A stretch of DNA of 64,000 nt from an uncultured delta proteobacterium (GTDB lineage Bacteria > Desulfobacterota > Binatia > UBA9968), in assembly GCA_963847445.1 (NCBI GenBank), contig CAWJZV010000041.1, forward strand, positions 32,001-96,000, read 5' to 3'. Under the pieces are notes generated by a model. It did not search any database. It was not told the DNA's origin and saw only the letters and a list, made by a program, of their open reading frames with translations. This document shows positions 32,623 to 43,783 of the stretch, in pieces. Made by a program: the position numbers and the translations under genes. How positions within the stretch are numbered: position 1 is the first letter of the stretch; each line of letters opens with the position of its first letter.

Positions 32623-32810
32623 AAAAAAGGGTCGGGAGTCAATTAAGCAATCTTAGGCCGGCCACGAGGATTCAGCGACGAAATCAATCCGAGTCGCTCC
32701 GCGGTTTTATCATCCAGTCCTCTTCACCAAACGGCCGCCCTCGTTGAGCTGCTGATCTTAGATCCTCCAACTCCGACTCGCCCTCAGAACCGTTGACCAA
32801 ATTCGCTAAG
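32623..32810 (-). mobile_element. C-terminal remnant of a REP-associated tyrosine (RAYT, IS200/605-like) transposase with flanking end motif
   Basis: Manual translation LVNGSEGESELEDLRSAAQRGRPFGEEDWM..TAERLGLISSLNPRGRPKIA*, then TGACTCCCGACCCTTTTTT. Confidence 0.65.
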
Positions 32811-32874
32811 GGGCCGGGGCAAATCTTCAGGTCCCAAGAGTCTGCCGCTGTCGATTCGCTTTCATATGGGGGTT

Positions 32875-33856
32875 CTATTGCGCCACAAGATTTCGCGGCT
32901 CGCCGCGGAGAAATGCTTCAATGTTGGTTTTGACTTCCACCAATAGCCGCTGGCGCGCTTCGCGCGCCGACCATGCCGTGTGCGGCGTGACGATCAGGTT
33001 ATCTAACTCTTTTGCCGCGACAACGATCGGGTGATCGGCGGGCGGCGGCTCTTGGGTGATGACATCGAGGGCGGCGCCGGCGATGCGCTTGGTGCGCAGC
33101 GCTTGAATCAGCGCCGGCTCGTCGATCAGGGCGCCGCGGGCGGTGTTGATTAGAAATGCGCTCGGCTTCATCAACGCCAACGATCTGGTGGTTTATCAAA
33201 TTTTTCGTCTCGGCTGTCAGCGGGCAGTGCAGCGAGATGAAATCGGCTTGGGCGGAACAGTTCTGCCAAGGCACTCGATCCGCCGCGGCTGTCGGGTCGC
33301 CAGGACGGGCGCCGATGAGGATCTCCATGCCGAAGCCGCGCGCCATGTGCGCGACGGTCTTGCCGATATTGCCGAAACCAATGATGCCGAGTTTCTTGCC
33401 GGCGAGTTCGATATTCGGAAAAGTCAGGAGCGTGAAGACCGGGCTCTTCTGCCATTCGCCGGCTTTGACGGCGGCGACGTAGCTGCTGGCGCGACTGGCC
33501 AGTTCCAAGATCAACGCCATGGTGAATTGGGCCACCGATTGACTGGCGTAGCCTGGCACGTTGCAGACTTTGACGCCGTGTTTGGCGGCGGCTTGCTTTG
33601 TCGATGATGTCGGTGCCGGTGGCGGCGACGGCGATGAGTTTCAGCTCGCGGGCTTCAGGCGCAATTCAAAATCGCTTCGTCGAATGACGACTTTGTTGGT
33701 GACGGCGATGGCGTGGCCGGCGAGTCGGGCGCTGGTTTGCGCCGCGTTCGTGACTTGATGGACGGTGCAGTCCCATGTGTCGGTGAATGCCGTTAGCGGC
33801 ATGTCGCCATAGGTGGCGGCGTCGAGAAAGACGATTCGAGTTTGCGGCTTGCTCAT
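32875..33856 (-). CDS. D-2-hydroxyacid dehydrogenase (glycerate dehydrogenase/hydroxypyruvate reductase-like), frameshifted
   Basis: IVFLDAAT, AVTNKVV, NVPGYA..SVAQ, IIGFGNIG, ISLHCPLT, INTARG, VTPHTAW. Confidence 0.9.
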
Positions 33857-34671
33857 TTCGCCAACTTCCCTTGCGCTTCGAGTTTTTTCGCTTCGTCCCA
33901 GTAGCGGTCCATCTCTTCGATGGACGATTGGGCGAAATCTTTGTTCGCTTGGCGCAGCTTGGCTTCGATGTGATGAAAGCGCCGGGTAAAACGGTCGATG
34001 GTCTGTGCCAGGACTTCTTCTGATTCGACATCGAGAAAACGCGCGATATTGACCATAGTGAAGAGCAAGGTCGCCAAGCTCCTCGCCGGTGTGGACTTTG
34101 TCGCCGGAAGCCACGGCTTGCTTTGAGCTCGCGCATCTCTTCGTCGACCTTGGCCCAGACCTGTTCGATATTCGGCCATTCGAAGCCCAGACTGGCGGCG
34201 CGCCGCGAGATCGATTGCGCGCGCGCCAGCGCCGGCATCGCTTTGGGCACGTTGCCGAGCGCTGATTTGCTTTCGCCGTCTTTCTTTTCATTGACTTTGA
34301 GCTGGGCACGCTGTTTGAGCGCGGCCGCGGGATCTTCCGGCAGCGGTTCGCCGGCGAAGACATAGGGATGGCGGCGCACCAGTTTGTCGGTGAGCAGCGC
34401 GATGACGTCTTCGATGGTGAAACGGTTTTCCTCCCTGGCGATCTGGGCGTGAAAGATCACCTGCAGAAGCACATCGCCGAGCTCCTCTGTGACTTTTTTC
34501 GCGTCGCCGTCGTCGAGGGCATCGAGCAGTTCATAGGTCTCTTCGAGCAGGCAGGGCTTGAGCGAGAGGTGGGTCTGCTCCCTGTCCCAGGGACAACCGG
34601 CGTCGCTGCGCAGTTGCGCCATGACGTTTAGCAGTTCGGTGAATTTTTGCTTCGGTTTCGCGATCGCTCAC
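33853..34671 (-). CDS. mazG: nucleoside triphosphate pyrophosphohydrolase MazG (frameshifts)
   Basis: LRSDAGCPWDREQT, EETYE, EELGDVLLQVIFH, KLVRRHP; second EELGD domain. Confidence 0.95.
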
Positions 34672-34786
34672 AGATTTGGCCTCCACGCCGTTTGCCATTG
34701 TCAACTTTCCTTCCGGGCCACAGCGTGCTAGATCTTACTGGTCGTTATTCTTGAAGTCCAGCAAATCAGTCAAAGGAGAGCCGCTT

Positions 34787-35641
34787 ATGCCGAGTTGCCA
34801 ATCGTCGATGGGATCGAGACCTACTATGAAACTCATGGTTCGGGAACGCCGATCTTGATGTGCGCGCCGGGCGGCTTCGACGCGACTATTGAAAAGTGGC
34901 GGGTGGCGAGCGCGTGGACGGGAATCGACGCGATCCAAGCGTTGGCGACGGAGCATACGGTGATTCTCTATGACCGGCGCGAGTGCGGCCAGTCCGGCGG
35001 GCGGGTCGAGCGGTTGAGCTGGGCGACTTTCACCCGTCATGGCAAAGCGTTGCTCGATCATTTGAAGATCGATTCGGCCTGGATCATGGGCGGCTGCATG
35101 GGCTGTTCGGTGGCTCTTGCGTTTCGGCGTGCATTATCCGCAAGCGACCCGCGGTTTGCTGCTGCATTGGCCGGTGGGCGGTTATCGTTGGAAGGTCAAT
35201 AGCCAAGCTCGCTTCCTGCGCCACTATGAGTTCGCCAAACAGAATGGCCTCAAAGGCGTGGTCGAGCGCGCCCGCGGCGGCAAGAGTTTTTGGATGGACC
35301 CGGAGGCCGGACCTTGGGCCGGTATGATCGCCGGCGATGCCGGCTTCGCGGAGCGCTTTGTCAGCGCAAGATTTAGAACGTTACCTGGGGTATGATTATC
35401 ACCAGCGGCCGCGCCCTGTTTGACCGCGACACCGCACCCGGCGCAGAGCCGGAAGAGGTGATGGGAATCAAGGCGCCGTCGCTAATCATCCCCGGCGACG
35501 ATCAGTCCCACGCGACCTCCGGCGCGCATTACCTGCGGGAACTTGTTGCCGAATGACGATTTCTGGAATGTCATGCCGCCGCGGCAGACGACGCAGACCG
35601 TGGTCGATCGGATTCTCGAATTCTGCCGCAAGCATGATTAA
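34787..35641 (+). CDS. alpha/beta hydrolase (frameshifted)
   Basis: YYETHGSGTPILM..PGG, YDRRECGQSGG, MGGCMG, LIIPGDDQSHAT. Confidence 0.8.
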
Positions 35642-35742
35642 ATTCTTGTGAAGTCGGTTCGCTGAGGTGTGGACCGGTGCGGTCGAAATTTGATAGACAA
35701 AATCCACTTCGAATTGTCATTGACCAATCTAAGGAGGTACCG

Positions 35743-36462
35743 ATGGACGTTTCCAATTCTACTGTGCAACTCAACACTTCCGACGGCAAGATGGATGCCT
35801 ATGTGGCGCAGCCGAAGGATGGCGGCAGTTATCCCGGCGTCGTCGTGATTCAGGAGGCTTTCGGCGTCAACGATCACATGAAGAAAGTCACGGAGCGGAT
35901 CGCGGCGGAAGGCTACGTGGCGATCTGTCCGGATATTTTTCATCGCGAGAGCGAGCGGGTGATTCCATTCTCCGATATGGCCAAGGCGATCGCGACTTTG
36001 CAGCGGGTGCAAGATCCCAAGGCGATGGAAGATGTCGGCGCGGCGATCGCCCATTTGAAATCGCAGGGCAACGTCAAAGCCGGCTCCATCGGCGTCGTCG
36101 GCTTCTGCATGGGCGGCCGGCTAACCTATTTGGCCGCGGCGCATCACGCCAACGACGTGAAGTGCGCGGTGCCCTATTACGGCGGCGGCATTACGATGGG
36201 CAATCCGAGCCCGCTGTCGCGCACCGGCGAGATCAAATGTCCGATGTATCTATTCTTTGGCGCCAAGGATCAGCTGATCCCGATGGATCAAGTCGGACAA
36301 ATCAATACTGAGTTGACCACCAAGCAGGTGCCGTTCCAGATGAAGATCTATCCCGATGCGGGCCATGGCTTTTTCTGCGACGAGCGTGGCAGCTATCATG
36401 AAAAGTCGGCCACCGACGCGTGGGAGAAGACCAAGTCATTCTTCGCGCAGCATCTCAAATAA
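35743..36462 (+). CDS. dienelactone hydrolase family protein
   Basis: VVIQEAFGVN, GFCMGG, AGHGFFCD; RBS AAGGAGG. Confidence 0.93.
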   Translation: MDVSNSTVQLNTSDGKMDAYVAQPKDGGSYPGVVVIQEAFGVNDHMKKVTERIAAEGYVAICPDIFHRESERVIPFSDMAKAIATLQRVQDPKAMEDVGAAIAHLKSQGNVKAGSIGVVGFCMGGRLTYLAAAHHANDVKCAVPYYGGGITMGNPSPLSRTGEIKCPMYLFFGAKDQLIPMDQVGQINTELTTKQVPFQMKIYPDAGHGFFCDERGSYHEKSATDAWEKTKSFFAQHLK

Positions 36463-36482
36463 ATCCGCCTGTCGATGCCTCC

Positions 36483-36524
36483 AAAGGGAGCGGAGAAGTG
36501 CAAAGCTTTTCCTCTCCCTTTTTT
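36483..36524 (+). terminator. probable intrinsic terminator
   Basis: AAAGGGAGCGGAGAAG...CTTTTCCTCTCCCTTTTTT, an imperfect stem plus T tract. Confidence 0.55.
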
Positions 36525-36560
36525 GTTTCTTCGAGTTATTTCAGCTAGATTAGCCGCATC

Positions 36561-37446
36561 ATGGCAACAAAGAAAAATTCGCGACCAGGTTAGAGTCGCT
36601 CTCGTGCAGATGAGCTGCGCCAAGGAACCCGCCGCCAATCTCGCCAAGGCTATGCAACGCATCGAAGCGGCGGCCGAGAAAGGCGCGCAGATCGTCTGCC
36701 TGCAAGAGCTGTTTCGCTCGCGCTACTTTTGCCAGAGCGAGGATCATGGCAATTTCAAGCTCGCCGAAGCCATTCCCGGGCCGAGCACCGATGCGTTGGG
36801 CGAGGTTGCCCGGAGAAAAGAAGTGGTCATCGTCGCCTCGCTGTTCGAGCGGCGCACAGCTGGGATCTACCATAATACCGCGGTGGTCATCGATGCCGAT
36901 GGCTCGCTCGCTGGCAAGTACCGCAAGATGCATATCCCCGACGATCCGCTCTACTACGAAAAGTTCTATTTCACCCCCGGCGATTTGGGCTTTCCCAGTT
37001 TTCAAACGCGTTACGCCAAGATCGCGGTGCTGGTCTGCTGGGATCAGTGGTTTCCCGAAGGGGCGAGGGCGGCCGCCCTGGCCGGCGCGCAGATTCTTTT
37101 TTATCCGACGGCGATTGGTTGGATTCCTCAAGAGCCGCGTGTCGCGGCGCAGAATCAACGCAATGCCTGGGAGCTGATACAGCGCTCCCACGCGATCGCC
37201 AACGGCGTGTTTGTCGCCTCGACCAACCGTGTCGGCAGCGAAGGCAAGATCAGGTTCTGGGGCAACTCCTTTGTCGCTGGGCCCTTGGGTGAGCTGGTTG
37301 CCCATGCCGGCGACACGCGCGAAGAAATTCTGATCGCTAAATGCGATCTCGCTAAGATCGAAGAGACGCGCCAAGCCTGGCCGTTTCTGCGCGACCGGCG
37401 CATCGACGCTTACGGTGCCCTGCTGACGCGATCCCTCGATCAATAA
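36561..37446 (+). CDS. aguB: N-carbamoylputrescine amidase (nitrilase superfamily)
   Basis: CLQELFRSRYFCQ, YRKMHIPDDPLYYEKFYFTPGD, VCWDQWFPE, YPTAIGW, WPFLRDRR; adjacent to aguA. Confidence 0.9.
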
Positions 37447-37470
37447 TTTTTCCGGTTTGAAACAAAATCG

Positions 37471-38535
37471 ATGGCAAATTCATTTCCAAGTTCATCCACG
37501 CCATCTGAACTGGGGTACTCGATGCCGGCTGAGTGGGCGCCGCATCGCGCCACTTGGCTATCCTGGCCGCATAATCTAGAAACTTGGCCGACCTACCTGG
37601 AAAAAGTCCGGGAGGTCTGGCTGCGGATGGTCGCGGCGCTGTCACCCCATGAGCAGGTGCTTTTGCTGGTCAATGATGCCACCGTGAAAAAGGAAGTGAC
37701 GGCGCGACTCACCGGCGCGAAAGCGGCGATGGCCAATGTGACGCTGCTGGAGATCCCGACGGTCGATGTCTGGATGCGCGATTACGGACCGACGTTCGTT
37801 ACCCGGAATTCAGCGGAGCAGCCGTTGGCGCTCAACGATTGGATCTTCAACGGTTGGGGCGGCAAGTACCCGGCCTATGATGAGGACGAGCGGGTCGCGC
37901 AGGCGATCGCACAGCTTTTGCAAGTGCCGGTGTTCGAGCACAAGCTGATCCTCGAAGGCGGTTCCATCGAGGTAAACGGCGCAGGCACTTGTCTTACCAC
38001 CGAGCAGTGTTTGCTCAACCCGAATCGTAACCCGGAGTTGAGCCGCACGCAGATCGAAGAGTTTCTCAAAGCCTCGCTTGGAGTGCGCCATGTCCTCTGG
38101 CTCGGCGACGGCATCGTCGGCGACGATACCGACGGCCATATCGACGACATTGCGCGCTTTGTCGATCCGACCACCGTAGCGTGTATGATCGAGACCAATC
38201 CGCAAGACGATAATTACCGCTGCTTGCATGAAAACCGTGAGCGCTTGCAGAGCGCGCGCGACCAGGACGGTAATAAATTAGAAATTATCTCCTTGCCGTG
38301 TCCGGCGCCGCTCTTCTACGACGGCGCGCGCCTGCCGGCAAGCTACGCCAATTTTTACATCGCCAATGAAATCGTGCTCGTGCCGGTGTTCGACGATGCC
38401 AACGACAAATTAGCCTTGGGTATATTGCAGGAGTGTTTTCCCAAGCGCAAAATAATCGCTCTGCGCGGCAATGAAGTGGTGGCCGGCTTGGGCGCGATCC
38501 ACTGCGTCACCCAGCAGGAGCCGTCGGTGCGCTGA
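37471..38535 (+). CDS. aguA: agmatine deiminase
   Basis: MPAEWAPH, WMRDYGP, EGGSIEVNG, DDTDGHIDD, ASYANFY, GAIHCVTQQ. Confidence 0.95.
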   Translation: MANSFPSSSTPSELGYSMPAEWAPHRATWLSWPHNLETWPTYLEKVREVWLRMVAALSPHEQVLLLVNDATVKKEVTARLTGAKAAMANVTLLEIPTVDVWMRDYGPTFVTRNSAEQPLALNDWIFNGWGGKYPAYDEDERVAQAIAQLLQVPVFEHKLILEGGSIEVNGAGTCLTTEQCLLNPNRNPELSRTQIEEFLKASLGVRHVLWLGDGIVGDDTDGHIDDIARFVDPTTVACMIETNPQDDNYRCLHENRERLQSARDQDGNKLEIISLPCPAPLFYDGARLPASYANFYIANEIVLVPVFDDANDKLALGILQECFPKRKIIALRGNEVVAGLGAIHCVTQQEPSVR

Positions 38536-38606
38536 CTACTCGACCGCTGCGTTTTCTTTTCCAAGGCCTTGACTATTTTTCGCGCTACCCTATCCTGGCC
38601 GCTGTT

Positions 38607-38819
38607 ATGGGTCAGATCATTCAAATCCAGGAGCTGCACCAAGCGCGCCGGCGCAAGTCGGAAAAAGTCAGCATGCATCAATGCCTCGAGCTTTTGGAAT
38701 GGAATTTGAAAAAGAGCGTCGATGACTATTTCGCCGCGCCACGGGAAGAGCGTTCCATGCGCGCAACCCAAATCCGCAAGCTCAGCGAAATCCTCGAATA
38801 CGCGTTGAGACTGCTTTAG
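38607..38819 (+). CDS. small hypothetical helical protein
   Basis: 70-aa ORF filling the gap between aguA and rmuC. Confidence 0.6.
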   Translation: MGQIIQIQELHQARRRKSEKVSMHQCLELLEWNLKKSVDDYFAAPREERSMRATQIRKLSEILEYALRLL

Positions 38820-38836
38820 CCCCGCCACGGTTAGTC

Positions 38837-39965
38837 GTGGATTTTGTCCATCTCATAGTTCCGCTGGTTATCTTCGTTAGCCGGGTCGATAGTGCTTGGC
38901 TGGTTTTTTCTCAGCCGTTTGCGCACGCTCCTACAGGGTAAGTCGGAAGATCAGTCGTTGCTGCTGATGCAGCAGCAGATCGATCAACTGCGCTCGCAGT
39001 TGAGTTCGACTCTCGATAACAATTCTCGGTCATTGCAACAGCAGTTGGGCCAAATGATCGCTCAGGTCAACGAGCGCCTGAAGGAAAACGCTCAGGTGCT
39101 CAACGACACTCAGCAGAGTCTGGGCGAGCGGCTCGATAACGCGGCGCGGGTGGTTGGCGGCGTGCAGAAAAGCCTCGGCGGTCTCGAAGAGGCCAATCGG
39201 CGCATTTATGAAGTCGGCAAGGATATCTCGTCGTTGCAGGAGATCCTGCGGGCGCCCAAGCTGCGCGGCGGTCTCGGCGAATTTTTCCTCGAGGACTTGC
39301 TCGGGCAGATTCTGCCGCCGCAACATTTCTCGATCCAGCATGGCTTTCGCAGCGGTGAGAAAGTCGACGCGGTGATCAAGCTCGGCGCCTCCCTGGTGCC
39401 GGTGGACGCGAAGTTTCCCTTGGAAAATTTCAGACGCTTGCTGGAGGCGACGAGCGACGATGAGCGTGGCCGGGTCAAAAGACAGTTCGCGGCCGATGTG
39501 CGCAAGCATATTGACGCCATCGCGGCCAAGTATATTCTTCCCGATGAGGGGACCTACGATTTTGCGCTGATGTATATTCCGGCGGAAAATGTTTACTATG
39601 AAACGGTCATCAAAGATGAAGCCGCCGACGAGCGCAATCTGTGCCAGTATGCCATGAGTAAAAGGGTGATTCCGGTATCGCCCAACAGTTTTTACGCCTA
39701 TTTGCAGGCTATCGTCTTGGGTCTCAAAGGCATGCGCATCGACGACCGCACCAAAGAAATTATTCAGTACTTGGGCCGGCTGCAGGGAGACTTCGCCAAG
39801 TTTCGCGACGATTTCGCCGTCCTCGGCAAACACATCAATCATGCCCAGTCGAGTTATCAGAGCGCCGACAAGCGGCTCGAACAGTTCGGCCAGAAATTTT
39901 TGGCCGCGGAGTCGGCGCAGAGCGAGCTGTCGGAAGCCGGCACCACCGGCGCTAAGACCGACTAG
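38837..39965 (+). CDS. rmuC: DNA recombination protein RmuC
   Basis: Coiled coil, PKLRGGLGE, VDAVI...PVDAKFPL, KYI, FALMYIPAE, VSPNS. Confidence 0.93.
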
Positions 39966-39974
39966 CGAACCGCC

Positions 39975-41418
39975 ATGCATTTGAGTTTGTTTTCCCGTCT
40001 GACGATCGGCTATCTGGCGATCTTTGCGATCGTCGCGGCGGCGAGCACCTACGCGATCGTCGAGCTGACCGACTTCGGCAACCAGGCCGAGTCGATCCTG
40101 CGCATCGACAATCGCGTGCTCGACCATGAAAAGTTTCTCACCGATCTGTTGCTGGCGCAGAGCCGGGCGGAGCAGAAGTATGTCATTAGCCGCGACGAGG
40201 CCTGGTATCTGCAATTCGTCCGTTTGAAGATCGATTTCGAAGCCCGTGCCGAGGGCGCGGCGGCGGTGGCGGACGTTTTGGCCAAACCGATCTTGTTACG
40301 GGTACGAAATGACTATCGGCGTTACGTGGATTTGGTCGAAGGCGAGGCGCGCCTGGTGCGTACCCGAAAAGAATATCGGCATGCGCAGTTCAAGCAGGAC
40401 AAAGACAATCTGGTCGACGCCATGTTGGACGAGCTGGAGCGCTTGCGCGCCAATCAACAACTTGCGACCTATGCCAAGGTCAAAGACTTGGCCGCGTCGG
40501 CGGCGCAAGCGCGGGAGGCTGCGTTGTCGATCACCGCGGGTTGTCTGTTGGTGATCGTCCTGATGTCACTGTTGATCACCAAGAGCATTACCCGGCCCCT
40601 CGCTGCGCTCAAAGCGAAGACTCAGGAAATTGCCCGCGGCAATTTCGATAACCCCGTTCAGGTCAAGTCGCCTCAGGAGATTGGCGAACTGGCGGTGGCG
40701 CTCAATTCGATGAGCCAGCGGCTGAAAGAGCTCGACTTTATGAAGGCGGATTTTTTCGCATCCATGTCCCATGAGCTGCGCACGCCTTTGACCTCGATCA
40801 AAGAGGGCACCGGGCTTTTGCTCGACGGCGTCGGCGGCGCGATCACCGAGAAACAGCAAAAACTGCTCGGCATCATCACCGAGGAAAGCAACCGCTTGAT
40901 CAGCCTGGTCAATACTTTCCTCGATCTGGGGAAAATGGAAGCCGGCATGATGCGTTACGAGTTCGAGATGAGTCCGATCGAGCCTTTGATCAAACGCGCG
41001 GTCGCGGAAATCACGCCGTTGGTGGAAGCCAAGCAAATCCAGTTTCGAAAGTGCGCTGGATGGACCGATACCGGCGCTGCGGCTCGATCCCGAGAGGATG
41101 TTACAAGTGCTGCGCAACCTGATGGGCAATGCCGTCAAGTTCACGCCCAAAGGCGGGCAAGTGTCGATCGCGGTTAAACGCCGCGATGGCATCCTGGAAG
41201 TTTCTGTGAAAGACTCCGGTCCGGGCATCCCAGCGGAGAGTCTCGAATCGATCTTCGAAAAATTCAGCCAAGGCAGTCACGCCGGCGCCAATCATCGTCA
41301 GGGCACAGGACTCGGTTTGGCGATAGCCAAAAATATTATTTCATCGCATGGTGGAAACATATGGGCGGAAAGTCAATTGGGCAGTGGCAGCAAATTTGTA
41401 TTTGTCTTGCCCTGCTGA
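39975..41418 (+). CDS. HAMP histidine kinase, GlrK/QseE-like (one frameshift)
   Basis: TM-periplasmic-TM-HAMP; MSHELRTPLTSIKEG, NAVKFTP, DSGPGI, GTGLGL. Confidence 0.92.
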
Positions 41419-41973
41419 TAATCGTTTCGGGCTGCGGTCTGTTTCAGGAATCGAATGCGGCGCCGGGAGTTGCGCGAAGCGTTGACCCAAGGGCATCAGT
41501 TGCTCGCCCGTGGCGACTACGACGGTTCGCTCAGAGCCTTTCAAAACGTCATCGTTATCGCTAAGGATCAACCGCCGGCGGATGCGGCGAATTTACCATA
41601 TCGGCGTCGTGTACGCGCACCCGCAGAATCCGCGAAGGGACCGGCAGAAGGCGGTCGGTTCATTTCGACTGTGTGCTGACGCGGTATCCGGAGAGCCCGT
41701 TGGTCGAATCGGCCAAGGCCTGGATCGGCGCCCTAAACGAAATCGACGCGACAAACCAGGAAATTGAGCGAACCAAACTCGAGGTTGAGAAGTCTAAGCA
41801 AGAAATTGAAAATTCCCGGCTCGCCGCGAACCGCTCCAAGCAAGAAGCCGAAAAGTTCCGCGTGGAACTCGAAAGATCCCGGCAAGAAATCGAAAAGATC
41901 AAGCAGGAGATCGAAAAATCCAAGCAAGTGGACATTCAGATCGAGAATAAAGCGACGAGAGCGGGGCAGATGA
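41361..41973 (+). CDS. TPR/coiled-coil lipoprotein, QseG/YfhG-like (frameshifts)
   Basis: Lipobox IIVSGC, helical repeat GVVYAHPQNP.RD..KA, long E/K coiled coil ending KQVDIQIE; sits between the kinase and the response regulator. Confidence 0.72.
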
Positions 41974-41983
41974 GGGGGCCCAA

Positions 41984-43409
41984 ATGATAAAAGGCAAAAT
42001 TCTAGTCGTTGACGATAATCCTAATCTTCTTGAGCTGATAAAAATGCGTCTTGAAGCGGCGGACTACGAGGTCATCGCGCTTGACCGATGAGGATAAAGC
42101 GCTCGGCGCATTTAAAGACAAAGCCTTCGACCTTTGCGTCGTCGATCTGATGCTGGCGCAAAGCGATGGTTTGACTTTGATGGAGCAGTTCCGGCTGATT
42201 CATCCGGATATTCCGACGATTATTTTGACCGCCCATGGCAGTATCGAAAACGCCGTCGAGGCGATGCGCCGCGGCGCCTACAGTTATTTGACCAAACCCT
42301 TCGAGCCGACCGATTTGCTGTTACAGATCCAGCGCGCGTTGGAAAACCGCAATCTGAATTCCGAGATCAAGCGGTTAAAGGACATGCTCCACGAGCGTTT
42401 CGATTTTACCAATATTATCGCGCGCAGCGGTAAGATGCGGGCGATCCTCGATGTGGTCACGCGCATCGCCAAGCTCGACTCGACCGTCTACATTCACGGC
42501 GAAAGCGGCACGGGTAAGGAGCTGGTCGCCAAGGCGATCCATCTGGCCAGCGATCGCAAGGACACGACGTTTGTCGCGCTCAACTGCGCCGCGCTGCCGG
42601 AAACGCTCTTGGAAAGCGAATTATTCGGCCATGAAAAGGGCGCCTTCACCGGCGCCGTCCGAAGCACCAAGGGATTGTTTACCCAGGCCCATGGTGGGAC
42701 GCTCTTTTTGGACGAGATCGGCGACATGCCGCTGGCGACCCAATCCAAACTGCTGCGCGCCCTGCAAGAACGGCAATTCTACCCCGTGGGCAGCGAAGCT
42801 CCCGTCGAGGTTGATGTGCGGGTGATCGTCGCTACCAACAAAGATTTGGCCGAGCAGGTGAAAAAAGGTTTGTTTCGCGACGACCTTTATTATCGCATTC
42901 ACGTCATCCCGATTTATCTGCCGCCCTTGCGTGAGCGGAAAGAAGACATTTTACCGCTGGCCGAGCACTTCTTAAAAAAATTCAGCCAGCAGATGAAACG
43001 CGACGTGAAAGGTTTTACTCCGGAGGCGGTGCGCCGGCTTATGCTGCATGAGTGGCCCGGCAACGTGCGTGAGTTGGAGAATACCGTCGAGTATGCGGTG
43101 GCGATGACCCAAAAGGACATGGTGACCGAGGATTACGTCATTCAGGGCAAGCAGTCGCCGACGGAACGGGTTGGCGGGTTGCCGATGGAACGAGGCGCGA
43201 TGAGCGCCGACGCGCTCAAATCGCTCAAGCATGCGCGGGATGCCTTCGAGCGCGACTACCTGGTGCAAGTTCTGTCCATGACCGAGGGCAATGTCAGCCA
43301 AGCCGCCAAGCTGGCGGGCAAATATCGCGCCGATTTCTATGACCTACTGAAAAAACATGATCTCAAAGTTGACGAGTTCAAGCGCGCCAAACCTTCTTAT
43401 CAGCATTAG
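41984..43409 (+). CDS. sigma54-dependent response regulator, GlrR/QseF-like (frameshift near N-terminus)
   Basis: ILVVDD receiver, GESGTGKE, GAFTGA; C-terminal ARDAFERDYL...GNVSQAAKLAGKYRADFYDLLKKH resembles the GlrR HTH. Confidence 0.9.
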
Positions 43410-43783
43410 CCAATCTGCCTGGCGCGATGCCGGGATGGATTAGCAGTGCCCGGTTTCTTAAATCGAACAAATTTCCCGGAAACCGGTCCTGCCCCGATGG
43501 GGAAATCAGTGACTACGCGAGCAGTTTGAGAAAAGCCAGTGTAGTCAATGGCTCTAAATCTGGTGTCCCATTAACCTTCACTGATGTATAGAAATCCTGC
43601 ACTCCACTCTAAGCGTAGTTATCCTAAAGGTGAAAACACAATGATTTTGAATGCTTAGGGATTTTCCGTGGGTGGTACAGAAATTGAGTATAACGAACTG
43701 TAATCGGTCCATAGGAAACCGAATTTGCAAATAGAGTGGCGGGCAAAATGAATAATCGTCACCAACAAACAGGAGGAATTGCT

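Noticed and set aside
15621-33856. Glycerate kinase plus hydroxypyruvate reductase-like gene as a serine-cycle cluster
   Set aside because: They are 16 kb apart with unrelated genes between, and no other serine-cycle genes are in the window.
4196-38535. Spermidine-synthase-like gene and aguBA as one polyamine locus
   Set aside because: About 29 kb apart; no evidence of co-regulation.
1042-42560. Recurrent GCGATCGC (HIP1-like) octamers
   Set aside because: Mostly inside genes and explainable by Ala-Ile-Ala codon usage; a Markov-corrected count would be needed to claim enrichment.
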